Source: a virus (Duplodnaviria > Caudoviricetes). From it: a stretch of 25,735 nt of DNA. The stretch covers positions 1-25,735 of the IMG/VR virus record IMGVR_UViG_3300021982_000011. One strand, 5' to 3'. Positions 15,270 through 25,497 of the stretch are shown here, in pieces; position 1 is the stretch's first letter, and every line of letters starts with the position of its first letter. Made by a program: the position numbers and the translations under genes. The notes beneath the pieces were generated by a model. That model did not search any database, had not been told where the DNA came from, and saw only the letters and a list, made by a program, of their open reading frames with translations.

Positions 15270-16744
15270 CCGAACAACGAGCTCCCTTTCAATTTGTTGT
15301 TAGTCTCAACGTTACTAGCTAGACCAACGTCTTCTTTTGTGTAATTGCTTTCTTTATTAGCTAATATGGAGTCATGAGCCATTACTTCTGTTTCTGTCTC
15401 TTCCCTAACTAAACCCGTTAAGTTGTCTACTTTAAATCGTATAATATCACCTGTGTTGTTACCATTTCGGTTCTTATCCACATATATACGACCAAAACCC
15501 ATTTCACGCTCTTCATCCTTAAGGTTAATGACTGCAACGAATTCAGCAGAGTTTTTCTTTTGAATACTTCCTTGAATATCATTACCTGTACGTATGTCCT
15601 TGTTATCTTTAGACTTACGATTTAACTGTGAGGCAGTCCACATAACAACATTATATTCTTGTGCAATAGCCCGGAGTTCTTCAAACATAATACCCGTGGC
15701 TCTGTATATGTCATCGTTTGATGGTAGTCTTAGCAAGTCAGGGTAGTCAACAAAAATAATGTCTACATCATTACCGTCAACCATAGTTAAATTTTCAACT
15801 GCTTGTCTAAGCCCTGATGTAGTTAACGTATGCGGCTGATAGGGAGAAAAGTGTAGGTTACCAATAGGATTGCCAGTATCTTTTGAGTACTGAGCAAGTA
15901 ATTTACTAAATCCTCCTTGTCTAAACATGTCTTCAGCTTCATGTATTGAAAGCAAACCCTTTAGCACGGACTCACTAGTAGAGTATTTAATAGCTACTCT
16001 TCCCATGATTGCTTTATAAAATCTCATAAACTTACGTGCCGGACGTTCTTCTAAATCAACGTACATTATGTTTTTACCACTCAGTACATATTCCACTGCC
16101 ATTGATACCATTGCAAGAGATTTACCTGCTCCTGTATCAGCAGCAATAATTCCCATTTCTCCTTTTCCAAGTCCTCCGGTAGCTTCTTGGTAAGGCTTAA
16201 CAGGTATTGTAACAAGACCCGTGTTAACGTCTCTAATCAAATCAGCAATTTTGCTACTATTATCAGATGAAGTAAAGTCAATTGTTGCATCATTTGAACC
16301 AAGGCTGTACTCTTTTTTAATTTTAGAATATGTCTTATCAAATTTATCCATAGCTTCCGGGGTTGCCCCCTCTAAAGCTAATGTTTTTTGAGCATACATA
16401 AACCGTTTTGAGTAAATGTAGTCATTGATAATTTCATCAAATACCTCGCCGTCTCCAGAAGACTCTACGGTGTAGATATCATTAATAGCATCCTTATACT
16501 TTACTCTATCTCCATCCCCTATGTTTTGTCTATCGAGTTTTGTATCAAGGTAGGTTTCTAGCACATCCTTAGTTGCAGGTGTCTTGTGTTCCCTATAGTA
16601 ATTTACTAATGAATTAAAAGTTGTTTCATAATATCGGTCCCCTTCAAATACATTTACCTCTAGCTTTTCAATAAAGGCTGCAAATGAAGGGTCTTTTGTT
16701 GCTTTATTTAAAATTCGTTTTTGAACATTATTTGCTTCCGGCAT
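15266..16744 (-). CDS. dnaB: DnaB-like replicative helicase (SF4)
   Basis: Walker A ADTGAGKS, DLEE, FVDYPD, WTASQLNR, DKNRNG. Confidence 0.92.
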   Translation of the reverse strand: MPEANNVQKRILNKATKDPSFAAFIEKLEVNVFEGDRYYETTFNSLVNYYREHKTPATKDVLETYLDTKLDRQNIGDGDRVKYKDAINDIYTVESSGDGEVFDEIINDYIYSKRFMYAQKTLALEGATPEAMDKFDKTYSKIKKEYSLGSNDATIDFTSSDNSSKIADLIRDVNTGLVTIPVKPYQEATGGLGKGEMGIIAADTGAGKSLAMVSMAVEYVLSGKNIMYVDLEERPARKFMRFYKAIMGRVAIKYSTSESVLKGLLSIHEAEDMFRQGGFSKLLAQYSKDTGNPIGNLHFSPYQPHTLTTSGLRQAVENLTMVDGNDVDIIFVDYPDLLRLPSNDDIYRATGIMFEELRAIAQEYNVVMWTASQLNRKSKDNKDIRTGNDIQGSIQKKNSAEFVAVINLKDEEREMGFGRIYVDKNRNGNNTGDIIRFKVDNLTGLVREETETEVMAHDSILANKESNYTKEDVGLASNVETNNKLKGSSLFG

Positions 16745-16772
16745 CCTTGACTCCTTCAGGTTATTATTCCTT

Positions 16773-16801
16773 ATTATAGCACAAAATCAGAAGCCTGTCA
16801 A
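16773..16801 (-). promoter_or_regulatory. Consensus sigmaA promoter TTGACA-N17-TATAAT (extended TG)
   Basis: -35 at 16796-16801, inside the last codons of the upstream CDS; -10 at 16773-16778. Confidence 0.9.
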
Positions 16802-18280
16802 AACATCTTTTCGTATAAGAGAACCAACTGGGGATACAGGTACATAGTTCTTTACCTTGTTTAGGGCAGATGCTATCTTTTGTATTGAGTAAAACATGCC
16901 ATAGCGTTCAAACTCAACTCTATACGTTTCTTGAGCAATATTGTGCCCTGAAAGGACTGTTTCAATAGCGTTTTCAAACCACGGAAGTTGTAACTTACCC
17001 CCAGATAAGGCTCCCATAGAAGTAGTTATTAACTCTGTTAATTCATCTTTTGAGCTATCAGGTAGTTGTTCTGAGGCAATACGGATGGATAAACTAGGTA
17101 CTTCTGAGGAAATTGCTACAGTGGCCTGATGGTCAACCATCATACCTATTTGTTGCCTTAGGTAAAAGTCAACAGCTCTAACCTCATCATCAGTTAAAAT
17201 AGTGTTTATATTATACATTGCCTGAGTGTAGTAGTGATACAAACTACCTGTTCCAAAGTCGTTCTTAATCATTGACAAGGTACTTACTGGTTTAGTTTCT
17301 TTATGATAAGCATAATTCGTGTAAACCTTATATATGGCCATAAGTTCAGGGCTATTTTTAAAGTCTGTTGATAACGTGCCATTAAACTTATTAACCTTCT
17401 TTTGGTTCTCTATTGCTTCTTTAACAATTCTAGTACCGTTCTTATCAATCAATTGATTAGGAACAGGTATCTTAGCTTTTCTATTATACATTTTATGTGT
17501 ATAAACATATCGTTCAAAAACTTTACCCATAACGATTACTGGGTTAAATCCTATTGAGTCGGAAAATTCTATTAACCTTTCAAATGATTTATAATTATAG
17601 CTACCAATAAATGCACCATCTAAAGAACGGTAATTACTTCCATGCTTACGCTTAGCATAGCCATACAACTGGTGATTATCAGGGTCATTGTAGTCATCAA
17701 CATATTGTTTTTCATATGTAGAAACCATAGCATCATACGCTCTTGATAATAACCATACTTGGTAACTGTGGCCTTCATCACCTATACCATCAAAGAAACT
17801 CCAATCTAAGTCTTTTTTATCTAGATAGTTGTTAATGATTTCATTATTAGCGTCTTTTACTCTTTTACTAAACTTAGACCTTAATTGGTTGTACTCCGCC
17901 ATTTCAGATTTTGTTCTTCTTATTGCTTTTGTGCGCTTATAAACTGGAAAAAGTCTATCAATTAACCTTGTTTCACTCTTAGTAGGGTTAGTTAGAGGTG
18001 ATTTTAAGTCTCCAAAAGAAAACTTGTCAGGGTTTAGTTTTATTATAATTCCTCCCTTAGCTCCCAATTTATGCTCAAAACTAATGAGCCCAACATCACC
18101 AAACTTCTGTATTTTCCTGGTTATTGTTTTTGTGGATACTTTAGCCTCTCTGGCTAATTCTTTCCTAGTGGTTTTAACATAGGCTACATGGTTTTGAACT
18201 GTAACTCCTAGTCCTAGGATACTATTTACTAAAAATGTGTCACGTGGGCTAATATTTTCTTTTAAAGTTACACTGTTCAT
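16787..18280 (-). CDS. Winged-HTH DNA-binding protein (Rep-like/transcriptional regulator of Herelleviridae)
   Basis: TRKELAREAKVSTKTITRKIQKFGDVGLI...GAKGGIII winged HTH; conserved position between the two helicases. Confidence 0.75.
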   Translation of the reverse strand: MNSVTLKENISPRDTFLVNSILGLGVTVQNHVAYVKTTRKELAREAKVSTKTITRKIQKFGDVGLISFEHKLGAKGGIIIKLNPDKFSFGDLKSPLTNPTKSETRLIDRLFPVYKRTKAIRRTKSEMAEYNQLRSKFSKRVKDANNEIINNYLDKKDLDWSFFDGIGDEGHSYQVWLLSRAYDAMVSTYEKQYVDDYNDPDNHQLYGYAKRKHGSNYRSLDGAFIGSYNYKSFERLIEFSDSIGFNPVIVMGKVFERYVYTHKMYNRKAKIPVPNQLIDKNGTRIVKEAIENQKKVNKFNGTLSTDFKNSPELMAIYKVYTNYAYHKETKPVSTLSMIKNDFGTGSLYHYYTQAMYNINTILTDDEVRAVDFYLRQQIGMMVDHQATVAISSEVPSLSIRIASEQLPDSSKDELTELITTSMGALSGGKLQLPWFENAIETVLSGHNIAQETYRVEFERYGMFYSIQKIASALNKVKNYVPVSPVGSLIRKDVLTGF

Positions 18281-18314
18281 TTATACACCTCAGCTATGCC
18301 TTATTCTAATATCT

Positions 18315-18344
18315 ATTATACCACATAAACAATAAAAAAGGCAA
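18315..18344 (-). promoter_or_regulatory. SigmaA-type promoter TTGCCT-N18-TATAAT with TGTGG extension
   Basis: -35 at 18339-18344 lies in the terminator stem; -10 at 18315-18320. Confidence 0.7.
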
Positions 18345-18361
18345 GCCCACATGCTTGCCTT
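18334..18361 (-). terminator. Intrinsic terminator after the SF2 helicase
   Basis: AAGGCAAGC-ATGTGG-GCTTGCCTTTTTT. Confidence 0.88.
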
Positions 18362-20128
18362 CTAATTCAGGTACTTAATCTTAAACTTTTCTTTTTTATA
18401 TATTGCCATTCTTGCGTCAGCTTGACTCTTTAAGTAAATATTTGTCTCGTCTGCAAAGTCGAAAACTAAGGCTGTATTTGCTCCTTCTTTTTTACGTAGG
18501 ACACGGCCAATACGCTGAATTACTAGCCTAGGAGAACGTGTGGAGCTTACCATAAACAAAGCTTTAAACTCGTTGACAGATAGACCTTCATCAAATATAG
18601 TGGTACCAATTATAACCTTAAGGTCGCCCCTCTTATATCGTTCAAGCGTTTCTAGTCTTTCCTCGTCACTAGAAGAACCGTTTAAGAACACGTTGTCTAC
18701 TCCTAGCTCATCCAATATTTTAGAAAGGTTTTCACCGTGCTCTAGTCTTCCTACGATAACCAAGGAGGGCTTATCCATCTCATACATCTTTTTAATGAGC
18801 TGGGTAATAACATTGTTCCGGTCGTCGTTTTCCACAATACCTTTTTTAACTACTGTTAAGTAATCCTTGTCCTCTCCCTTTGTTTCATCAAGGCCAATGT
18901 CGCCCTTTATCTTAACTACATTTATAGTTGGGTCCGCTGATATACCACGTTTAATCATGTTATCGTTTGTTTCTTCTGCAATTACGTTTCCGAAAAGTCC
19001 TGTCATACGTTGGGTTTGTAATTGTTTATTAACATCGTAGGAACCTGTCATGGCAAACTTATACTGTGCATTAGGAAAAGATAAAAGCGTGTTATAGCTA
19101 ACGTCTGCACCTGAGTGGTGTCCTTCGTCAACAATTATAACTTTTACCGTTTTTATAAACTCTAGTGTTTTAAGGTACTTTTGGTACTTTATATTCTTGT
19201 TAGGGTCTAAAGAAGAAACATACTCTGCATTTTTTGTGTTTATAAATTGGCGGACTTTATTATCTGTTAATAGCTCAGCATACGCTTTTTTAAGCCACTC
19301 TAGAATAGTAGCTCGAGACTTAGTTGTTGCCGGATAGTTTTCAATAAGACTCCTGAGTATCATACGGTCATTTTTACGCTCAGAAAAGAAGGGAAATATT
19401 TCAGTTGAAAATATCTGTAAAACTCTCTTTTTACCTGTAACTGTTACAGCTTTTGAGTCAATAGGATTTTTAAGAGCACTAGCCATTGAGCTAAGGGTTA
19501 TTACATTTATTTTTGATAACTTTCGTTTTTGGTTTCCAATATACCCAACATTGTTTTTACCAAAGTTTTCTTCAAAGCTAGAGATAGCCTGAGAAAAAAT
19601 ACTAACAGAAGGAACAAAATAGGCTACTGTCTCTCCCTTGTCTAGAAATCTCTGTAGCTCATTTATAATACCAATTGATACCGCCGTTTTACCCCCGTTG
19701 ACGGGTAGGCCGATAACCCCTCTTGTATTGTATATAGCACTAGTGACAGCTTCTGTTTGGTAGTCTGTTAATTCAAGCTCTTTACCATCTTTTATGAATG
19801 TTTCCTTTTCAAACATGTCATCAACTTCCATAAAAGGTTCATCACGGTTGTCCTCAACAGAGTAGGATACTAGAGGTGACCTTTCTTGGGCTAGTTTTAT
19901 AAAGGTGACTAGTTGAGGGTATAGCCCATCGGCAATCCTATGATTTTTGTCATCATAAACCCGGGTATATCCATCCCACAAGCCCATTCTGTACTCACGG
20001 GTTTTTTCATATCCTCTTTGTCTAACCCCAGTAAACTGACCTAAGTTTTTTTCAAAGCTATCTACATAGTCTTTAGGCATGTTTTCAAAATCAATGGTTG
20101 TAAAGTTGTTGTCTCTGATTAGCTTCAT
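18362..20128 (-). CDS. SF2 DNA helicase (UvsW-like, DExH)
   Basis: Q motif LTDYQ, PVNGGKT, DEGHH, MTGS, FDEGLSV, QRIGRVLR. Start set to ATG 20128, directly after the upstream TAG. Confidence 0.92.
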   Translation of the reverse strand: MKLIRDNNFTTIDFENMPKDYVDSFEKNLGQFTGVRQRGYEKTREYRMGLWDGYTRVYDDKNHRIADGLYPQLVTFIKLAQERSPLVSYSVEDNRDEPFMEVDDMFEKETFIKDGKELELTDYQTEAVTSAIYNTRGVIGLPVNGGKTAVSIGIINELQRFLDKGETVAYFVPSVSIFSQAISSFEENFGKNNVGYIGNQKRKLSKINVITLSSMASALKNPIDSKAVTVTGKKRVLQIFSTEIFPFFSERKNDRMILRSLIENYPATTKSRATILEWLKKAYAELLTDNKVRQFINTKNAEYVSSLDPNKNIKYQKYLKTLEFIKTVKVIIVDEGHHSGADVSYNTLLSFPNAQYKFAMTGSYDVNKQLQTQRMTGLFGNVIAEETNDNMIKRGISADPTINVVKIKGDIGLDETKGEDKDYLTVVKKGIVENDDRNNVITQLIKKMYEMDKPSLVIVGRLEHGENLSKILDELGVDNVFLNGSSSDEERLETLERYKRGDLKVIIGTTIFDEGLSVNEFKALFMVSSTRSPRLVIQRIGRVLRKKEGANTALVFDFADETNIYLKSQADARMAIYKKEKFKIKYLN

Positions 20129-20129
20129 A

Positions 20130-20498
20130 CTATTCCAATTGGCTCCCAATTATTTTAATATAAAAGTTTCCTGCAAAGGGTAGCAAGCTACCATCACTTA
20201 CCCTACCAACAACGGTGGTATAGTATGTTCCTGGTACAAGCTCTTTATATGCTTCGTCTGTTATTCTTAGTGAAGCTGTTCCATATATATCAGATAGAAA
20301 CCCAGGTACTGAAATCACATTATCAACTGTGCCTCCTTGATTATGGAGATTAAAGGTTACTGAGGGAAGACTATCTTTTGATACGACAATTACATCTCCC
20401 CCCCTTGTCAACTGAACGTCAATTCTACGACTAGTGTTATGTCGTTTTATGTAAAATGTATCGTTTTCTTGTGTTGTTTTAACTACTATATTATTCAT
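20130..20498 (-). CDS. Small Ig-like, BppU N-terminal-like baseplate protein
   Basis: FYIKRHNT...VTF...G-TASL...PGTYY...SDG...F...YIKI beta-sandwich pattern; end of the tail module. Confidence 0.55.
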   Translation of the reverse strand: MNNIVVKTTQENDTFYIKRHNTSRRIDVQLTRGGDVIVVSKDSLPSVTFNLHNQGGTVDNVISVPGFLSDIYGTASLRITDEAYKELVPGTYYTTVVGRVSDGSLLPFAGNFYIKIIGSQLE

Positions 20499-20506
20499 CT
20501 TTTTAC

Positions 20507-20860
20507 CTACTTTACGACAATCTCAGAAACTGAATTATCATTTGATATAATACGGGTTCCGTCCGACCTTAAAATAACCACGTCAAATAGAAACGGGCTA
20601 GTATTTTTTAAAATTTCTTTAGTTATTTCAAAGCTAACAGCATTATAATAAACTCGTTCACAGGGCAGTGTTACTAACGCCCCAGTATCTTTATTTTTAA
20701 ATACTAGAGAAACAAGGTCATCATCTCGTACTACAAAAGTATTACCTTTAACATACTGAAAGGAAATAGTAATACGTGAGCCTAAACTTCCACTAGAGGC
20801 TAAAACTAGGTTGTACACAGGTGTATCAGTAACAGATAACAACTCATCATTAAATTCCAT
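20507..20860 (-). CDS. Small beta-rich protein, possible BppU-like paralogue
   Basis: FDVVILRSDGTRIIS...EIVVK C-terminal pattern; TAATG coupling with GGAGGA SD. Confidence 0.5.
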   Translation of the reverse strand: MEFNDELLSVTDTPVYNLVLASSGSLGSRITISFQYVKGNTFVVRDDDLVSLVFKNKDTGALVTLPCERVYYNAVSFEITKEILKNTSPFLFDVVILRSDGTRIISNDNSVSEIVVK

Positions 20861-21063
20861 TAGTATCCTCCTCTAGAACGCCTAATTGACTTATTTTTAG
20901 CGGCGTTTGTTACCTGTATAGTCTTCTTAAGTTCAGCAACATCTTTAAGTAGCTGCTCATGTTCTCTTCTTAGTTGTTTATTACGGTTATTTTTTAATAT
21001 TTCAACTGGTGTTGGGTTAAATATCGTAGCACCACCGTCTAAAGTTTGTTTAACATCTGGCAT
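20860..21063 (-). CDS. Small coiled-coil tail-associated protein
   Basis: GATIFNPT followed by a heptad segment; AAGGAG SD; follows the adsorption tail protein as in K-like phages. Confidence 0.7.
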   Translation of the reverse strand: MPDVKQTLDGGATIFNPTPVEILKNNRNKQLRREHEQLLKDVAELKKTIQVTNAAKNKSIRRSRGGY

Positions 21064-21082
21064 AATTAGTCTCCTTCTTATA

Positions 21083-21093
21083 ATTATAACACA
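21083..21093 (-). promoter_or_regulatory. Extended -10 promoter TGTGTTATAAT
   Basis: Lies between the terminator and the SD; no -35. Confidence 0.55.
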
Positions 21094-21118
21094 TTTTCAT
21101 AGAGTTTCTTCTATACAC

Positions 21119-21141
21119 AAAAAAAGCGCCCTAGGCGCCTT
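21119..21141 (-). terminator. Intrinsic terminator after the tail protein
   Basis: AAGGCGCC-TAG-GGCGCTTTTTTT. Confidence 0.8.
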
Positions 21142-21147
21142 ACATTT

Positions 21148-24100
21148 TTATTCATCTGTTAAGATAACTTTCAAAGCTCTTACATTAGGACGAACAAACT
21201 GCGTAGTTGATGATAAATCAATTCGTTGCTTGTATAGATTAAATCCTATGCTGCCTGTATACGTTTGCGGTAGCGTTATAACATGAGTAACAGTAGCATA
21301 ACCTGCTACGTTAGGGGATGTTACTGTGGAGTTAACAGATGCGGAATGATTAGCTTTTAGAGTATCCAAGGTCTCCCATGAAGAAGGCATGGACTCGTTA
21401 CTATGCCATAGTAAGAACTTAGGGGTAACTGTAGTTCCAGTAGGTTGATACTGTTGGTAGGAAACCGTTACTGTATTATATCCGGCAGTGTTCCCCATAT
21501 CAACGTTTTTACCAACATACGTACCCTTTGTCCCAGATACAAGAGCATTAATGTTCAAAACATCGGTTGACAACCTTGGACTAATATACTTACTTGATTG
21601 GAATGTTGCTCTAAGTTGAATCACCCTGATAAGAGCACCAGGGTCAAGCTCTCCAGTTTGACCAACAGTATACCATGGATGAGTTCCATCATTAATACTA
21701 GTACTATTAGAATCTGACTGAAGAATAACACGGTATTCCCATGTAATAACTGTTGTAGTAGGTGCTAAAGCAGATACTAGAGTAGAAACTGTTACATCTG
21801 GGTATGAGCCATCCGAATTCCTTAAGTCAACTGGGTCAAATAGTACGGTAGACTTTGCACCATCTGAGAACGTAGCTATCATAATATCAAACTTTAAGTC
21901 AGAGTCTTGATGAACAGTCCAAGATTGGGCATTTGCAGAGGAGAACATAACGCCTTCAAATGGATTAGTTGTTAACGTGGTATTAGTATCTAATCGACGC
22001 TCACCCATCTTTGCGTAGAATACACGATAGTTAGGTGAGTTAGAGATAACAACCAGCGCATAGCTACTTCCTGCGTTTAACTGCACAGGGTTATCAAAGT
22101 AGAAACTCGTTGCTACTGAGGCGTTGTTCGATACCTTAATTTTATCTGGTGTCAGTATAGACTGCCCGATAACTTCTTGTGTAGGAGTTCCTCCATCGGA
22201 AAGTGTTCTTATTTGTACGATAACTGAAGGGGCTGTTGGTGTTGTATCAATCTGTGAGAAGTATAGATTTGCACCTGCTACTAATCGGTCACCATCAAAT
22301 TGGAATGACTCTCCAAGAGGGTCAGTCATCTTAACTTGATAGAAGGTTGTGTTTATAATCTCTTCAACAGTTTTTGTAGTTCCTGAAGAAGTAAACGTTG
22401 TATTAGCTGATGAACCGTCTCCCGTATCATTCATAACAAACACGTCAACAGTACCAGTTGGTTGTCCTGCAGGTATTTTAAAGGTACCAGAGGCTACACC
22501 AAACCCATCCGCCTTAATAGTACCTGCTTTACTTCCAACCACAGAGGGAGACTTTGGAGTAGGAGCTAACGTGATATTATTAAACTTAACATACAAATTA
22601 TCAGCATTACGGCGTAGTCCCTTAGCTGTAAAGGTGATAGTTATAGGACGCATGTAAGGTATAGCTGTAATTGTGGTGTTTTCACCGCCATTGGTAACCG
22701 TTGTTCCATACGCGGTACCTTGTCCCTTAGTTCCTTTTGTAAGGTTATCTGGAGCATCTGAGAACCAATCACTACCTGTTACCCACCCTGAGTTGGTGTT
22801 AGTCCAGTTAATATTGTTAGCGTTGTTATAAATAAACTCTGCATCAGCACTCTTGTTACTACCATTATGAAGCCAATAACGTGCAATGTTAAGGTTTTTA
22901 ACAATTTTGTTGTTAACAACAACGGTATTTGTATCTTGCCATACATCAGCAGCAGGGTTTAATGCTAGCGTACCTGTCTGAACTTGATATACCATATAGG
23001 GGTTAATAGAAATATCACCTGTTGATAAGCCTTGTGATAGCTCTGTCGTTATACGATAAGGGGCAGTAATAATTCTTCCAGTCCACTGCATAGGGTTATT
23101 AAAGGGTGCTGTACCAGCAGATACAGTATTAACCGTGTTACCCATAATATTGCTACTCTTATAAGGTAAGGTAATATAAGCATCATCAAATGACCATGAA
23201 GCCATAGGAACGACCGTTCCGTTTTCCTTCCAGCGGGTATCAGTACCGTCATCAGCTATAGAGCCAAATATGTCAACGTCAGCACGTTCTAATGAGTTAA
23301 ACCCGTCTGAGAACACCCCCCTAAGTGATAGTGGGTCGTGTCCCTGAGCTGCAGCAATATCTTGTCCCATAGTAGCTAAGTTATATTCAAGAGTCTGGAT
23401 TCGTGCTTGAAGCTTCTGAAGCTGGGCAAAAGTCAAATTTGTTACTGTATAGTCATTGGTCTCTGCGTATTTACTATTTGGATACACAGTAACCCAACCA
23501 ATGTTTAGGGAAAGGTCATCATTAGACGTTGTAGGTATGGTGACACTATCAATTGTATCAGGCTGACCAGAAACAATATGGAAAGCACCAACAGCATCTA
23601 AGGTAATTAAGTCACGGCGTGCTAGGTAGAAATTATATGTGATAGACACCGCGGTAGCTACCCTCACGTCTGTAACTGGTTTATCTCCTCCCATACCGGA
23701 GAATACTATCTTAGTATAAGGGATACTACTTGAATTGCTTGCAACATCAGAAGAAATAGAATAATCTGTACCAACTACCATAGTTTTAACATAGTAATAG
23801 GTTACTTGGTATGTTGCTCCAGTTGTAGGGATAACGTTAGAACCGCTTCGCCATGAAATTTGATTACCATTTGTTAGTGTAATATCTGCAGGATTGGCAG
23901 TAGTTGCTGGGTTGTCCAATGTTCCGTACACGGTTCCCTTAGAGGAGGTTACACTTTTAATTGCAACCGCGTTTGTATGCTTAAAAGTATCTGCTAAACC
24001 AGAACCACGAGATACCGTCTCAGTCACAGAAACAGGAGCTGTTACAGACGCAACGTTTGCTACTGGGGCAGAGTATAGCTTTATATATCCTAGGTTTGGG

Positions 24101-24867
24101 TCATATGATTGTGTTTCGTTAATTACTTGACGTGTAGTTGTTGAAGGGGTCAAAGAAATACGAGAAGATGCAACCTTTTTAATACGATACCCACGAACAT
24201 AGGCAATACCATCTCCAACTAGAACGGAAACGGTTGAATTTGTTGTCTGTGTTTTATCAACACTAAGTCCTAGACCACTAACACGATAAGAACCGTTTGT
24301 TTCTTGTGTCCTTTGTGCAAGTGTTTTCATAATATCATCAGAAACAGGAGTATCAATATCAACAAATAATGAGCCATCTTGGAAATGGTAAACAACAACA
24401 CTTGTGTCATCTACAGGAGTAGATGTTAATGAAATACCTGATTTAATTCTATCAGCACCAGCAATAGATGTTGATACAGGGTCATTCAAAGATGGGTCTT
24501 GTGTAGAGGTAACTATCTCCTCAACATAGGTAGCGTAAACGTAACCGTCCCCTGTTGTAGGGATGTTAACCGTAATAGCCTCGGTTCCAATTACACGTCC
24601 TGCAATATAAATCATACCTGCTTGTAAGTTTATAGGTAAAACACCTGAAGCTGCAGTTCCGATAGAGAAGTCCAGCCCAGATATGACGGCTCCTTCTCTA
24701 TAAACTCCATCTCCGATACCCTTTAAGCGGTAACTATACTCAGACTGTAATTCATTTAATTCTCTTTGTTGTAATGGTTTATCTGGCTTAAATGCTACTT
24801 GTGTGTAATTATCCGCCGGGTCAAAATTGTTGTAGTATGGTGGTTGCGTTTGGTCTACTGTTGCCAT
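21148..24867 (-). CDS. Adsorption-associated baseplate/tail protein (DUF4815/VrlC-like)
   Basis: PYYNNFDP...FKPDKPLQQRELNELQS, RTQETNGSYRV, GIAYVRGY, YLARRD, GVFSDGF, DPLGESF, SANAQSWTVHQDSDLKF. Confidence 0.85.
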   Translation of the reverse strand: MATVDQTQPPYYNNFDPADNYTQVAFKPDKPLQQRELNELQSEYSYRLKGIGDGVYREGAVISGLDFSIGTAASGVLPINLQAGMIYIAGRVIGTEAITVNIPTTGDGYVYATYVEEIVTSTQDPSLNDPVSTSIAGADRIKSGISLTSTPVDDTSVVVYHFQDGSLFVDIDTPVSDDIMKTLAQRTQETNGSYRVSGLGLSVDKTQTTNSTVSVLVGDGIAYVRGYRIKKVASSRISLTPSTTTRQVINETQSYDPNLGYIKLYSAPVANVASVTAPVSVTETVSRGSGLADTFKHTNAVAIKSVTSSKGTVYGTLDNPATTANPADITLTNGNQISWRSGSNVIPTTGATYQVTYYYVKTMVVGTDYSISSDVASNSSSIPYTKIVFSGMGGDKPVTDVRVATAVSITYNFYLARRDLITLDAVGAFHIVSGQPDTIDSVTIPTTSNDDLSLNIGWVTVYPNSKYAETNDYTVTNLTFAQLQKLQARIQTLEYNLATMGQDIAAAQGHDPLSLRGVFSDGFNSLERADVDIFGSIADDGTDTRWKENGTVVPMASWSFDDAYITLPYKSSNIMGNTVNTVSAGTAPFNNPMQWTGRIITAPYRITTELSQGLSTGDISINPYMVYQVQTGTLALNPAADVWQDTNTVVVNNKIVKNLNIARYWLHNGSNKSADAEFIYNNANNINWTNTNSGWVTGSDWFSDAPDNLTKGTKGQGTAYGTTVTNGGENTTITAIPYMRPITITFTAKGLRRNADNLYVKFNNITLAPTPKSPSVVGSKAGTIKADGFGVASGTFKIPAGQPTGTVDVFVMNDTGDGSSANTTFTSSGTTKTVEEIINTTFYQVKMTDPLGESFQFDGDRLVAGANLYFSQIDTTPTAPSVIVQIRTLSDGGTPTQEVIGQSILTPDKIKVSNNASVATSFYFDNPVQLNAGSSYALVVISNSPNYRVFYAKMGERRLDTNTTLTTNPFEGVMFSSANAQSWTVHQDSDLKFDIMIATFSDGAKSTVLFDPVDLRNSDGSYPDVTVSTLVSALAPTTTVITWEYRVILQSDSNSTSINDGTHPWYTVGQTGELDPGALIRVIQLRATFQSSKYISPRLSTDVLNINALVSGTKGTYVGKNVDMGNTAGYNTVTVSYQQYQPTGTTVTPKFLLWHSNESMPSSWETLDTLKANHSASVNSTVTSPNVAGYATVTHVITLPQTYTGSIGFNLYKQRIDLSSTTQFVRPNVRALKVILTDE

Positions 24868-24896
24868 TTTATTCCTGCTTTCATTTTTTACTATAA

Positions 24897-25409
24897 TTAT
24901 CCCTGTATAATAACAAATTCGTTAATATCAATAGCGCTTCTGTCAATAGCAGTTACATTATCAATTGCCTGCAATCTTCCTTGGTTTTTTACTAGTTTTG
25001 CTGGAACAGCATCACCAATAACCCCGGTAGAAAAGGTAGGGTTTGATGTTAATGCAACTATCCTATATATAGGCTCTTCAAAGTCAGCACTTACAATACT
25101 ACTAGAAATATAAACATAGGTAGCCTTTTTAGTATAGGCGTCCGCAAGACCAACGAGTTCAAAGTTTGTGCCTCCGTAACTGACGATATTAGTACCTGAG
25201 GCTACACTTGTTTTTACAGCCATGCTAACCTTAGTAACTTTTTTTAGTCCTATAAGTTCGGGTACTACTTGTTGACTTGATACAGGCAAGGGAGGGGTAC
25301 TAGAAGGCCACTCAGTTCGAGAACCTCCTAAGGCAAAGTACATGCTCTGAGCGTCTTTATACAGTCTTACCGCATTATCAATTTTTGATATATCTGTTAG
25401 AGTTGCCAT
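24897..25409 (-). CDS. Baseplate protein
   Basis: MYFALG...W...PP...LIGLKKV...YVYI pattern typical of the ~170-aa protein preceding the DUF4815 gene. Confidence 0.7.
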   Translation of the reverse strand: MATLTDISKIDNAVRLYKDAQSMYFALGGSRTEWPSSTPPLPVSSQQVVPELIGLKKVTKVSMAVKTSVASGTNIVSYGGTNFELVGLADAYTKKATYVYISSSIVSADFEEPIYRIVALTSNPTFSTGVIGDAVPAKLVKNQGRLQAIDNVTAIDRSAIDINEFVIIQG

Positions 25410-25436
25410 GCGTTCTTCCTTCCTTGGTTTACAACC

Positions 25437-25466
25437 AATAATATAGCTTCATGTATAATTATATCA
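25437..25466 (-). promoter_or_regulatory. Tandem promoter elements: TGATATAAT (25458-25466) and late-type AGCTATATTATT (25437-25448)
   Basis: Both lie between the terminator and the AAGGAAG SD of the baseplate gene. Confidence 0.5.
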
Positions 25467-25474
25467 TAGAAAAC

Positions 25475-25497
25475 AAAAAAGGAGAGTCATCTCTCCT
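25475..25497 (-). terminator. Intrinsic terminator
   Basis: AGGAGAG-ATGA-CTCTCCTTTTTT. Confidence 0.85.

Noticed and set aside
11139-18863. Plus-strand ORFs opposite primase, sbcC, sbcD, the wHTH gene and the helicase
   Set aside because: Antisense shadows with S/L/F-rich composition; no plus-strand expression signals.
20439-25113. Plus-strand or nested ORFs in the tail module
   Set aside because: Shadows of the 1239-aa and neighbouring genes.
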